A stretch of 64,000 nt of DNA from Lepidodermella squamata (lineage: Eukaryota; Animalia; Gastrotricha): assembly GCA_047495785.1 (NCBI GenBank), contig JBLDXI010000010.1:372001-436000 (forward strand). Reading direction: 5' to 3'. The notes beneath the pieces are model-generated. The model made no database searches. It was not told where the DNA came from and saw only the letters and a list, made by a program, of their open reading frames with translations. Made by a program: the position numbers and the translations under genes. Shown here piece by piece: positions 38,210 to 49,267 of the stretch (position 1 is the stretch's first letter; each line of letters starts with the position of its first letter).

Positions 38210-39296
38210 TCAGCCGATTTGGCGCGCTTTTCATTGAATATCTTTTTAAATTCGAGGATGATATAATTACTTTTTTGAAATTCTGAATGGTTAAGGTCTG
38301 GTTTAACTGATTTATGAAAATTTGATAGATTTCACGGGCTGCTTTTTTCTTAAAACGAGAATTGGTATGAAAATTTCGTCTTTTAGCCAGATTTGCGGGG
38401 TTTTCAATTAACATCTTTTTAATTTCGAGGATGATATAATCATTTTCTTCAGAATTCTGAGTGGTTAGGGTCTGGTGCAACTGTTTTACAAAGAATTTCT
38501 CGATTTTACAGGCTGGTTTTTTCTTAAAACAAGAATTTATAGGAAAATTTTTACTTTACGTGGTGTTCGAATTCGTCTTTCAGCCGCTAGTTTATTACTA
38601 TTTCATCTTTGAATGAAAATTCACTCTATTGAAAAGATGACAGGCACTGAAGGGAACAACCGACGAGAAAATGACATTGTTTCAACCTATAGTTCATGTT
38701 CTTCTGTGAATTAAGACAGCAAGGTAAGATTTTCAGTATTCAAATTGGAATCGGTGTAGATTAGTGATTTCGTGGATGACTACTATATTTTTTCGCTGAA
38801 TATCAGTGCCAAGGACCTGCCAAATGGTTCTAAGGGTTGAACATTAACAATTGCTGGCTAAATTATTCCGAATGATCGGAAAATTCCGTCAAATATGTAA
38901 AAATATTTCCTGTTTTATAGAATTATGCGACGTTTATAAATAATCTAGCCACAATAATTCATTTTTCACCCAACATAATGAATGGTTTGCTTCTCGACTT
39001 CGATTTTCAAAAAAAAAATTTCATCAACATCCACGAAATTAACTTATTACACCAATTCATTAATAATTACTGACAAACTTGAATTTCAATCATTTTTTGA
39101 GGAGGAGAATAGGTCATCGATTGGAACTATGTCATCTCAGCGTTAATTGGTCCATTCAGTGCCACTTATCCTTTCAACATGAGTGAATTTTCATCTTCAG
39201 ATGAAATACTAATTAATCAGCCGCTCAACGACGGATGCGAGCATCAAGCCAAGTAAGATTTCCCCTCAAAAAACTCGTTTTTCGAAAAAACCAGCC
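38210..39296. repeat. Old direct (~175 bp x2) and inverted repeats nested in the 4.8-kb element
   Basis: 38212-38376 resembles 38385-38550 (direct). 38510-38780 is inverted relative to ~39025-39296. Confidence 0.6.
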
Positions 39297-39905
39297 AACA
39301 AAATAAAAGGGAATCTCAGGCAAACATTTAATGAAGGGCTATTGCATACGATGGTCTTACAAAATACCAGCATCATCCACGAAAATCTAAAAATTTTTCA
39401 ATTAAATCACATCAAATTCGTTAAGGCTAGAAGTAAAAAAGCGGTACGGTAGTACTCTTATGTCTGCGTAGTATATTCATAAACAGAACGCGCGCTTTGG
39501 CGCAGCATATAATAGCATAAATGTTAGCGCACGCGATGTAATACAATGGAATGTATGGTCAATCAAAAGCAGTTATTATGCCGCAATACCGATTTATTTC
39601 ATTACAGTTGCCAGTTCAAAAGTCCAAAAATGTTGACCGACATGATAGATTTTTTGACCCTCTCATCCACTAATCGATGAACGATCGCTATAGAGCAGGT
39701 GTTGCCTTACATTTTTAACCTTCTATTTTCGACCTACTTTAATTTTTGCCCACGTCTTCAAATAGCGCATAGTGCATTGGCACTTGGCGCTATACACGCG
39801 ACTCTTTCAAGCTAAACACTTGCTACTTATAACTTTTAACTAATACACAAAATTCGCAAATTTTACTCTGAAATTTTCTGAGTACTCTTTAACTGAATTT
39901 GCACT

Positions 39906-40899
39906 ATGCCGTCCGCCGTATCTCCGATGAGCGATTGGTCCATCGAGGGCAAGGTATGCATTGTCACGGGTTCCAATACCGGCATTGGCAAAGCAACAGC
40001 CTACGAGCTAGCAAGGCGAGGAGTAGCCAAAGTTATTCTAGCGTGCCGAAACACTCAAGCAGCCGAAGAAGCAGCGGCAGAAATCAGGTCAAGAATAAAC
40101 TTCAAGGACCCAGCCGAGGCCTCGAAACGAGTGGTCGTGAAGCATCTTGATCTATCTTCTTTGGACTCTGTTCGTAAATTCGCTGCTGAAATCAATTCGT
40201 CTGAACCCGCCTTGCATGTTTTGCTGAACAACGGTGGTCTCGAGCAGCCTGAAAAGAAGCTGAGCATTGATGGCTACGAGCTTACGTTTGCTACAAACCA
40301 TTTGGGTTAGTGATTGGGTTAGCATAACTCAGCAGTCTGATTATCAGTTCATTTCTAACACAGGTCATTTTCTTCTGTCAAATTTGCTGATCGATCTGCT
40401 GAAAAAGTCTGCTCCAAGTCGGGTGGTAAATGTGGCATCTGCGTTATACGCGTTAACTTGGCCTTCTGGGTTGGATGTTGAAGATCCTTTCCAAGAAAAA
40501 AGGTCATATGGCGGAACGCGGGCTTACAGCCAATCAAAACTCGCGAACATTCTTCACGCAAGAGAACTTCATCGAAGACTGAACGGCAGTGCGCCTGGCA
40601 ACGTGCCAAGTTCTGGTGTTTCGGTGTTTTCCTTGCATCCTGGCGTCGTCAGATCGGATTTCACTCGGTACCGCTCAGGCTGTGGTGCTTGTTTAATGCG
40701 CATCGTGATGTCAGGCGGTTTGACAGTCGAAGAAGGAGCTAGGACGAACCTGTATTGCGCGTCTCAGCCTGGGATCGAGAAGCATTCCGGACTGTATTTT
40801 GATACTGAGAATTTGAAGTCAACCTGGGGAATCGCCCAAGATGACGCCAAGGCCAAAGCTCTTTGGGAGTTGAGTGAGAAGCTAGTTGCTAAAAAATGA
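39906..40899 (+). CDS. SDR-3, RDH11-14-like, 311 aa (exons 39906-40305, 40364-40899)
   Basis: TGSNTGIG, NNGG (instead of NNAG) and YSQSK motifs; 58-bp intron. Confidence 0.93.
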
Positions 40900-41734
40900 A
40901 CCTTATTGAACTGTTTAACCTATAATTTTTCCGTATCTCACTCCGTCTTTTATGTTTATGTTTCTTCCATAACTAAAACTGTAAAGGTTTTAATTAAATA
41001 AATGAATAATAAACATTATCACTCACTTTCTAGCGAAAGTTATCATAGCAAGTAATGGACCAATGCTGTCCCTGGCGAGAAGTTTTACGAAGTGACACTG
41101 AAATGACATAAAATCACCATCACAGTCAAACTTTGTTGCGAAATAGGCTGTTTTCGAGCTGCCCCCTCTTTGGTGTATGAGCTTTCAATTAAATAAATTT
41201 GAAATAACAAATAATAAATTGAGTGCATATTGGTTTTTTTACGCTTTCATACACTGTGGCCTGTATATGCATATCGCGGTCATAAATAGGTCAAAGATTT
41301 GACCGGTCATTTGAATACGCACGAGCCTGAATGCATAATACAAATTCATTGAAATAGCCGGGTAATTTATAAGACCGCTTCGCCATTTTTTCAAGGCGGT
41401 ATTTTCATGTAGAAAAACGACCAGCCAAGCTGAAAATGTGAAGAAAAAATTAACTTGCGAAGCATTTATTGCGAACCTTGCCAACCTTTCGCTCAAATTT
41501 CAAACATGCTGTATGTGGAAAGTACCCTTTTCTTAACGATTAAACGATGAAAAACAGCGTAAATATATGTTCCAGTTTTTTATATTCGCCTTCTATTTTT
41601 CAAGTTTGGATTAGCTTGGGGTTACGTCGGTCTACAGAGACCATCATTTTTTTCATTTTCGTAATGCGGGCAAAAGATACAAGCAAAGCTATGATATCGT
41701 GAAGGCCAAAGGATTTATTTTCCTGAATAAAGTA

Positions 41735-43008
41735 ATGGATCGCCTTGTTTTGACATTGATCGGGGTTCAAGCTCATCTTTACGCTCAGTTTCCCGGGGTA
41801 ACTAGCTCGATGGAAGTCTCCTTAGTAACGCAGTCGGAAGTTGGCTTCGGAGACCGAAGTTACTCGAAAGAAGTCGCAAATCGATTCTACAAAGTTGCAT
41901 GTCCTTTGGCTGATCAAAGAGATCTCGTCATTGAGTTGATGCAAAGAAGGCGCTATGTTGATCTACCCATCAAAATCAGCCTTCATATTGAACTGCGGAG
42001 AATCACCGAAATCAACGACTTACAGGAAAGGTTTGGTTATGAATACAGGGATCATTTCATATTGATGTATTGTATTTTCGAAAAAGCCTATCAGTCTTTT
42101 CTGAAATTTTTGTCTTCTGGTTCTTTCCGAGTTTTGCCTGCAAGCCGCTAAAGCTTGATACCTTAAATGGCACATCCCACTCTATTCTAGTCCTCGGAGA
42201 TTCGAAGACGTCCTGGCATCCAAAAATTCATCACGTCAACGCTATAAGACGTATCAACTTACTATCTCGAGAAGCGAAAGAAATTCTATTCCGAGCTCAT
42301 GGTAACCCAGTTCGAGGCTTCATCTACGATGCAAGGATCATAGAAACACACTGCAGTGGTTTCAAACTAAAGCATTTCCCATTCGACCGCATGGATTGCA
42401 GTATCGATCTTCAAGCTGAAGATTTTGACTCGTTTGTAACGATAAGTCACGTGTTTTACGCTATCTCTGAATCATCGAAACTACTATCAGACTCCGATAT
42501 TTGGCATTTCATCCCAGATTCACTCAATTATTCAAAGTATTCACTCGCTGAAATTGACAGAGTTTCCCTGAGAATGTCGTTTGAAAGGAAGTACAATTAC
42601 TATGTTGGCAATTTGTTTCTACCTATGTCTGTCATGTGGACATTGCAAGTCAGCTCATTGCTGATGCCACCTTGGGACTCTAATAGACCCACTTTTTGCA
42701 TATCAGGAGTTTTAGCATTCTCTGTTCTCTTGACAATTGTTTTCGAGCAAATTCCTCGTACTTCGAACACGGTTTATCTTATTCTAATTCTTGAACTGCA
42801 AATGATTTTGAGTGCTCTGATTACTCTCTATGCGCTTTTGTCTCTTGGTCTGAGCAGATCGGCATGGGCAAAGTATGAGAATGCCTTTTGCTGTTGGGCA
42901 TTGTCGAATTTGCGTTTGCTTGACATCATTGCTGGCATAGCAGCGGCCTTATCAGGATTCGGAGTGATTGGATATTATCTGCCAAAAATGATCTATCGTG
43001 AAGAATAA
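41735..43008 (+). CDS. Divergent Cys-loop channel subunit LGIC-5, 405 aa (exons 41735-42030, 42087-43008)
   Basis: Cys-loop CSGFKLKHFPFDRMDC, four TM helices, and the same intron position as LGIC-1 to 4. Confidence 0.9.
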
Positions 43009-43169
43009 AAATTGATTTTGCTAATGTTTTGGGTTTTTAATTTGAGCTGGCAATCAAAAAACATATCGCATTGCTTTTGAACCTAATGGGAATAATATTG
43101 GTTATGGTTATTTTTGCATAGTTCTGGTACGCAAAAAATTCGACGCCCCAGTTACATATTTTTGAAAAG

Positions 43170-44443
43170 ATGCATCTAGGTCGCGTGATATTTTTGGTAA
43201 TTGCGATCCTCGGGTTTTCTCCCGCGGCTTCAGGAGGCTGGTTATCACCAGAGGATATACCTGTGCTTAAATCTTCTGACTCTGGAGCTAGCGAGAAAAG
43301 CTACTCGAAAGAAGTAGCAGATCTCTTTTTCAAAAAAGCACGCCCCTTGGCAGCTCAGCGAGATTTGGTAATCGAACTTATCCAGCGCGGGCGTCAAGTT
43401 GATTTGCCAATCAAAATTAACATCCACATCGAATTACGCCGAATCACCGAGATCGATGACTTACATGAAAGGTAAAATCCATACAGTGTTTTTCAAAATT
43501 AAATCATTATTCGCTCAACAGCTTGTCAGTGTTTACGGAGATATTTTTGTTCTGGTTCTTCCCGAACTTTGCCTGCATACCTCTAACTGGGGACAGCATT
43601 AACGGAACGTCTCAATCTACATTGGTATTAGGCGATGTTAAAGCATCTTGGTACCCGAAGATTCAGCACGTCAACGCCATTCGAGAGATCAATCTACTGT
43701 CAAGGGAAGCTAAGGAAATTCTATTCCGAGCTCATGGCAGCCCAGTCAGAGGATTTATTTATGATGCGAGGATAATCGAAACCCACTGCAGCGGCTTTAA
43801 TCTAAAGAATTTCCCCTTCGATCGGATGGACTGCAGCATTGAATTGCAGGCTGAAGACGTGGCTTACTACATGACAATCAGCGACGTGATTTACGCCATC
43901 TCAGAGACCTCGCGACTTCTATCAGACTCAGATATTTGGCAATTCATCCCAGAATCTCTCAACAACACGAAATCTTCAGCGTCTGGGATTGACCATATTA
44001 GTTTGAAGATGTCCTTTCAGCGGCGGTACAACTATTATTTTGGACATATTTTCTTGCCAATGACTGTTATGTGGGCACTGCAGTTCAGTGCTTTGCTTAT
44101 GCCACCATGGGACTCAAACCGGCCGACATTTTGCATCTCTGGGGTTCTAGCTTTCTCAGTCTTGCTAACAATAGTTTTCGAGCAAATTCCTCGCACCTCT
44201 AACACTGTCTACCTAATATTGATTCTAGAGTTTCAGATTGTCTTGAGTGCCTTGGTAACTCTATACGTGTTGATATCTCTATCTGTGAGTAAATCTGAAT
44301 GGGGGAAGCGGAAGCACGATTGCTGCGTGGGAAAATTGTCCAACTCAAGATTTCTAGACATCATAGCTGCATTCGCTGCATTATTTCTCGGATTAGGAAC
44401 AGGAGGCTACTACATACCTAGAATGATCACTCACTCAGATTGA
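43170..44443 (+). CDS. Divergent Cys-loop channel subunit LGIC-6, 407 aa (exons 43170-43471, 43522-44443)
   Basis: Cys-loop CSGFNLKNFPFDRMDC; paralog of LGIC-5. Confidence 0.9.
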
Positions 44444-44471
44444 TACTGTCAGGCTTTAATACAATCTTATT

Positions 44472-46205
44472 TCAATCGATTTTCGCTTTTGTTCGGCAAA
44501 TTCTTCGCAGTAACATAATAAAAGCTATGATAATACTTGCAACAAAGGTGTATAAGTCAAGATCGTATAGCCGATAGAAGGGGGCTTCATTCTCAAACAT
44601 TCGTAAATGACTCGATCCAATCGCGATTTCCATTTCAATCACATCCACAGCATGGCTGTATCGTTGAGCGTTGTAGTAGAGGGAAGCTCCTAATTTCATA
44701 AGGTTCTGAATCAAACCCGGGTCTTTGCCCGAATACCGTGTTAGTAGATCCATTGATTTGTTGCAGGACTCTCCTTCTACGTCGCTCGAGGTCCTTCGCA
44801 CTGCAAGTCCAACTCCCAGCTCAGTCACACGTTCAGCATTCAGGGGTTGATCCGCTGTGATCGGAGTAACCAGAACAGGCTTGCTGGCTAAAAATGACTC
44901 GAAAAGGCTTTCAATCCCGCCGTGGCTAACAAACAAATGCACCGCCGGATGGTTAAGGACTTTGATTTGTGCAACGCGTTTCTCCATTCGAAAATAAGGA
45001 TGCTGCTTTGGGTTTTGGAGAATTTCTTCCGGTAGTGTTTGGCTCAAGTCAGCAGTCCCAATCGACCATAAAAACTTCACCTTTTGATTTTTGGATCGGT
45101 TGCATAACAGACCTTTTAGTAAGGCCTTGATTCTCAAGTTGGACGGGAGGAAGCCAGAGCCGAACGCGATGTAAATCACACTTTCGTGGTTTGAATGAGC
45201 CAGGTCTAGCCATTTCTGTAAATCAGGGTTCATTTCATATGTATCCTGTTCAATGACAGGCCCCAACATGTGCAGGAACGGTGAGTGCGATCGTGAATAT
45301 TCCCAGCCGAAGAAGTTGGGTACGAAGAAATGGGTAGATTTGTGTGATTTTAGAGGATGAATAATGCTGCTGAGACCAAGGCTTGTTTTGAGGCTATTCA
45401 ACTCATGAAAATAAGGCACAAAGTTGTAGAGAAGTTTCGGCAGGATGACGAATTTGAAGTGAAGACGTTCAAAAAAGCTCAGACCGTCCAGTGCTGATGG
45501 GGCAAAGGTCGACGGCAGGAAACTTGGATAGCCAGCTCCATTCGGTGTCAATGAGTCGGGTGCTGTTATAACATAAGGGATCCCATACTCTTGCGCAATG
45601 TTTGGGCAGGAAAACGTCATCCAATTGCAGACTAATATATCAGGACGGTCTTCCAATACAGCATCTCTTAAGCCACGATATGCCCCTTCATAATAGCGCT
45701 GGGCAGCTATTGTAAACATAGCACTGAGAGATTCGTAGGCTGTAAATGGAACATTATGATTCAATATTCGGAGAATAATTTAGTCAAAACCTTGTATATT
45801 TGGGTTTTTGTTTTCCATCTCAACAGAAAAATAGAGCGATTTGACTTCAGTAATCGATCCGTTGGACAAATATTCTTTTGTGCTGTTCAGTTGGTAGAAC
45901 TTGTCGAACTGTCCAGGTTTGAACCACGTCCGTGATACGTCATGGAGGCTGGCAAAAGCAGTTCGATGACCCCTCTTCTTGACAGCTCCGGATATCGCAA
46001 TCATTGGCTTAACGTGTGATCTGGAGCCGATTTCCATTACGAAAAGAACATACCGCGAATGGGATATCAGGTTTCTCAAGTCAGGCGAGATGTTTCCGCT
46101 TATATCGTTTAGTTTTCCTGAAGAATATGCAACATCAGACGCTAAGGCTGGGTAAGAAATCAGAAGAAATGACCATACAAGAAAAACTTCTAGTTTCAAG
46201 GCCAT
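44472..46205 (-). CDS. UDP-glycosyltransferase UGT-1, 560 aa (exons 46205-45791, 45739-44472)
   Basis: Signal peptide, GSRSH, signature AQIKVLNHP..FVSHGG..S..E....P....DQP.NA, C-terminal TM and KAKID (KxKxx); 51-bp phase-1 intron. Confidence 0.93.
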
Positions 46206-46656
46206 TTTGAACCAGTGAATTCACGATAATAGCCCAAGCATTTTCTTATTCCATTAAGGCAACATCACTCAAGATAACATCTTATCGGCATTTCACGCCA
46301 TGTTATTCCACCAGTTTGAACTAATTTGCTCACCTCAGCAAATGACCACTTTGTGGTAGATATATGATATTTGCCTATGAAGGCCGAGCAATTTAAGGTG
46401 CGATTGTTCATCAGAGAAAGAAGAATTCTAATTTTGAGAACATATAATGTACTAAATGCAATTGTGAGTAATGTTGATGCATCAGAAGGTACGTGAAGCG
46501 CTGAGACTCCAGCCCCGCAAATTTTGCATTTAAACGCAGACGTGAGCCTACATTATTTCCTGCCGACGGCTGCTAGGCTCGCATCACGAGGAGAATTGCA
46601 AAAAGAGCTTCTAAAAGTGTCCGAAATTACAAAAACCTCTTACGCGAGAGTCCACG

Positions 46657-48894
46657 ATGACGAAAAGCTTCATACTCACAATATGTCTTATTGAAGTCGC
46701 CATGGCTCAGATTCGGTCAACCCGGCTACAGGTCCTCAACCTTGTCCCGGTAGCCGCAGTCGATCCAATGCAGGGCCGAGCCATGCTCGAGGCATCTCAG
46801 CTCCTGGTCGAGAACGTCAATAATCGCTCGGATATCTTGCCCGATTACACGGTGGAATTAATCAACCGTGACGAGATGTCAGGCAATTCAGCGGCTCAGC
46901 GCCTTGTCGATTACATTAACAGTCAACGGCTTGAGAACGAAAATTCATCGGTCATCTCGGCACCAGTCATTGTCGGGCCAGCGTATTCAGGCGGTTGCAA
47001 AGCTATTGGACCGATATTGCCTTACCTCGGGCTAATCGCCATCAGCACCCGCTGCACCGCGCCAGGTTTGGCAGACCACGCGACATATCCGAATTTATTC
47101 CTATCCTTAACCACTGGCAAGACGACAGCGCTGGTAATGCTCAAGTTTATGCGGGAAATAGGCCGATGGCGCCGATTTGCCCTGCTGACAAACCCAGCTT
47201 CAATTAACGACTACGGCACTGCATTTTTCCTTCACGAGCGAGCTTTGGCAAACGGGTTTACAGTCCCGTGGTTCTCTATGGCGACCGAGGCCGATGCAGA
47301 CCTTGTCGCCTCGCTTAAAGAAACCGGAGCACGTGTTTTTGTTATCAGTGCTACCGTGACTGCTCTTGTTTCCAGGATAGTCTGCGAGGCGCATAGGCAG
47401 GGTTTGCGCGGGCCTCGCTATGTTTGGTTAGTCCTAAATTTCGGCTTCACAATTACACCACCACCAGGTTGTGATCGCGCAACCTTGGCAGAGCAGTGGC
47501 AACAGGCATTTTTCTTCGGCAATACTCTAGTGCCTATTGATTACTCAGTAACCAGCGACCTCGGTTACACTCCGCTGCAATTTGACACTGCAGTTGCTGC
47601 CAGGTCCAACGCAAGCCGTGACGCTCTTTCCTACTCTTACACTACTCATGATACTCTTTTGCGGACGATATTGGTGCTAAATGATACGGAAGCTCGTTTA
47701 AGAGGTAACTATAACCTCTCACTGAGAGATTATCATCGCCACCCGCAGCTGGTCCTTAAGATTGCGGACCAAGCCGTATTAGCTTCACGCGTGACTGGCG
47801 TGCGTGTTGGCCTGACTACGTATTCACTACTAGGGCAGTTGCAAGGTGATGTCCAAGCCGTAGCCCAGTGGAGCGCGTCGACTGGGATGCAAAACACTGT
47901 CTTAGTTCGGCTATTGGCAGTTCCTGGATACGGAGAATTCGATCTCGGGAGTTACTCGTTGAGCATTGTATCGCCAATTCGATGGATTAATGTCAGCCCA
48001 CCTCAAGACCAACCAACGCTTCGACGTCAAACAGCGTTCGTACCAGGACCTGTTGTAATTTTCCTGATTGTACTAGCGGGTTTCATTGCTGTGATTCAAT
48101 TAATTGTTACTTGGTGGTTGGTGCATAAGAGGCGTCACATGACGTTGCTTTCACAGAAGTTGGCCATGTTGGTAGCTTGTCTTGTTCTTGACGCTGCTGG
48201 AGCATTAGCAGCGCTCGATCGCAGCACATCACAGGCACCATTTGTTGCATCCATAGCCCTTCTCGGTCTAGGAATTTCATGCATAGCTAGCCTTGTAACC
48301 ATGAGACTGTGGCTTATCTTGCGAGTCATGAACAATGTCGAGCCACGTGAACGACATGGAACTGTCGGCTCGTCAACCAACACGTGGCACTCTCGGTTTG
48401 TCGTCGTAACTGATGCTGTATTGCGACGCCGAAAGCAGCAACATTCCCCGACCGTTGTCCAATGGAGAGTTGTAGATAGTCGAGTAGTTGCATATAGCGC
48501 AGTCTTCGTTGTATGCATTGCATTTATTATAGCTTCCTGGCTTTGCGTACAGAACATTTCCTGCTTCGAAACATGGGGCATAGCTTGCCGTGGAAGTCTA
48601 GCAACACAGATTCTACCAGTTATCATTGCTGCTTTGGGGCTTGTAATGGCTCTGTTAGGTGCCACTTTCGCCTATTTATTGAGTCAAATTCACGGAGCTA
48701 ACGTTAAGGTTCCTGAGCTTGGACCTAGCTGCGTTGCTGCTGCTGCTGGCGTGTTGTTGTTTGTGGCTAGTACTGATTCCGCCGCAGTTCAGCAGGTTGG
48801 CCTCGTCGTAATCACTTTGCTATTTTCGGCGACAACAAGCGCAGCGTGGCTGTATGGTAGCTTTAAATCAACAGTGATACCTGAAACAAATTGA
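46657..48894 (+). CDS. Divergent class C GPCR with GABA-B-like architecture, 745 aa, intronless
   Basis: Signal peptide and Venus-flytrap motifs (VNNRSDILPDY, VGPAYSGGC, LADHATYPN, YVW). A W..VSPPQD stalk follows without a Cys-rich domain, then seven hydrophobic segments. Confidence 0.85.
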   Translation: MTKSFILTICLIEVAMAQIRSTRLQVLNLVPVAAVDPMQGRAMLEASQLLVENVNNRSDILPDYTVELINRDEMSGNSAAQRLVDYINSQRLENENSSVISAPVIVGPAYSGGCKAIGPILPYLGLIAISTRCTAPGLADHATYPNLFLSLTTGKTTALVMLKFMREIGRWRRFALLTNPASINDYGTAFFLHERALANGFTVPWFSMATEADADLVASLKETGARVFVISATVTALVSRIVCEAHRQGLRGPRYVWLVLNFGFTITPPPGCDRATLAEQWQQAFFFGNTLVPIDYSVTSDLGYTPLQFDTAVAARSNASRDALSYSYTTHDTLLRTILVLNDTEARLRGNYNLSLRDYHRHPQLVLKIADQAVLASRVTGVRVGLTTYSLLGQLQGDVQAVAQWSASTGMQNTVLVRLLAVPGYGEFDLGSYSLSIVSPIRWINVSPPQDQPTLRRQTAFVPGPVVIFLIVLAGFIAVIQLIVTWWLVHKRRHMTLLSQKLAMLVACLVLDAAGALAALDRSTSQAPFVASIALLGLGISCIASLVTMRLWLILRVMNNVEPRERHGTVGSSTNTWHSRFVVVTDAVLRRRKQQHSPTVVQWRVVDSRVVAYSAVFVVCIAFIIASWLCVQNISCFETWGIACRGSLATQILPVIIAALGLVMALLGATFAYLLSQIHGANVKVPELGPSCVAAAAGVLLFVASTDSAAVQQVGLVVITLLFSATTSAAWLYGSFKSTVIPETN

Positions 48895-49267
48895 ACAAGG
48901 GTGAAGTAAGAAATCGGCTTTTGAATTTCGTATATTGCTTTGGATTAAGAAAGAATACACGAGCATGAAACTGTCAATCTTGGTCACATTCTTGACTGTT
49001 TGCTTGCTGCATTGCATCCGTTCGTGAGATTCCGTTGGGTGTTTATTTACATAATAGTAAAGCCGCTCATTGACATATAATTACTCCATTTTATGCCTAG
49101 GTTTTAAACATTGAGTTCGAAGGAAGTGTACAAGAGGGCGGAGCTTACATTGAGACTCATTTGGATTACAATATAGGCACGTGAGAAACCGGCTAATAAA
49201 GGATTATTCTATAGCTAGTCATAGAGAAATGAATTCCCCCCATCTGAAACCCCGAGCGAGTTTGACT

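Larger units (their letters stand above)
34770..39591. mobile_element. 4.8-kb decayed TIR DNA transposon, possibly Sola1-like, with nested repeats
   Basis: TIRs of ~130 bp (CGGTATTGCGGCATAATAACTGCTTTTGATTG) and a 4-bp TSD ATTT. A minus-strand Cys-rich remnant VCKNAS/CKLGCSVKFT lies at ~36900-36990. The flanks rejoin to match the SDR-2 upstream region. Confidence 0.75.
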
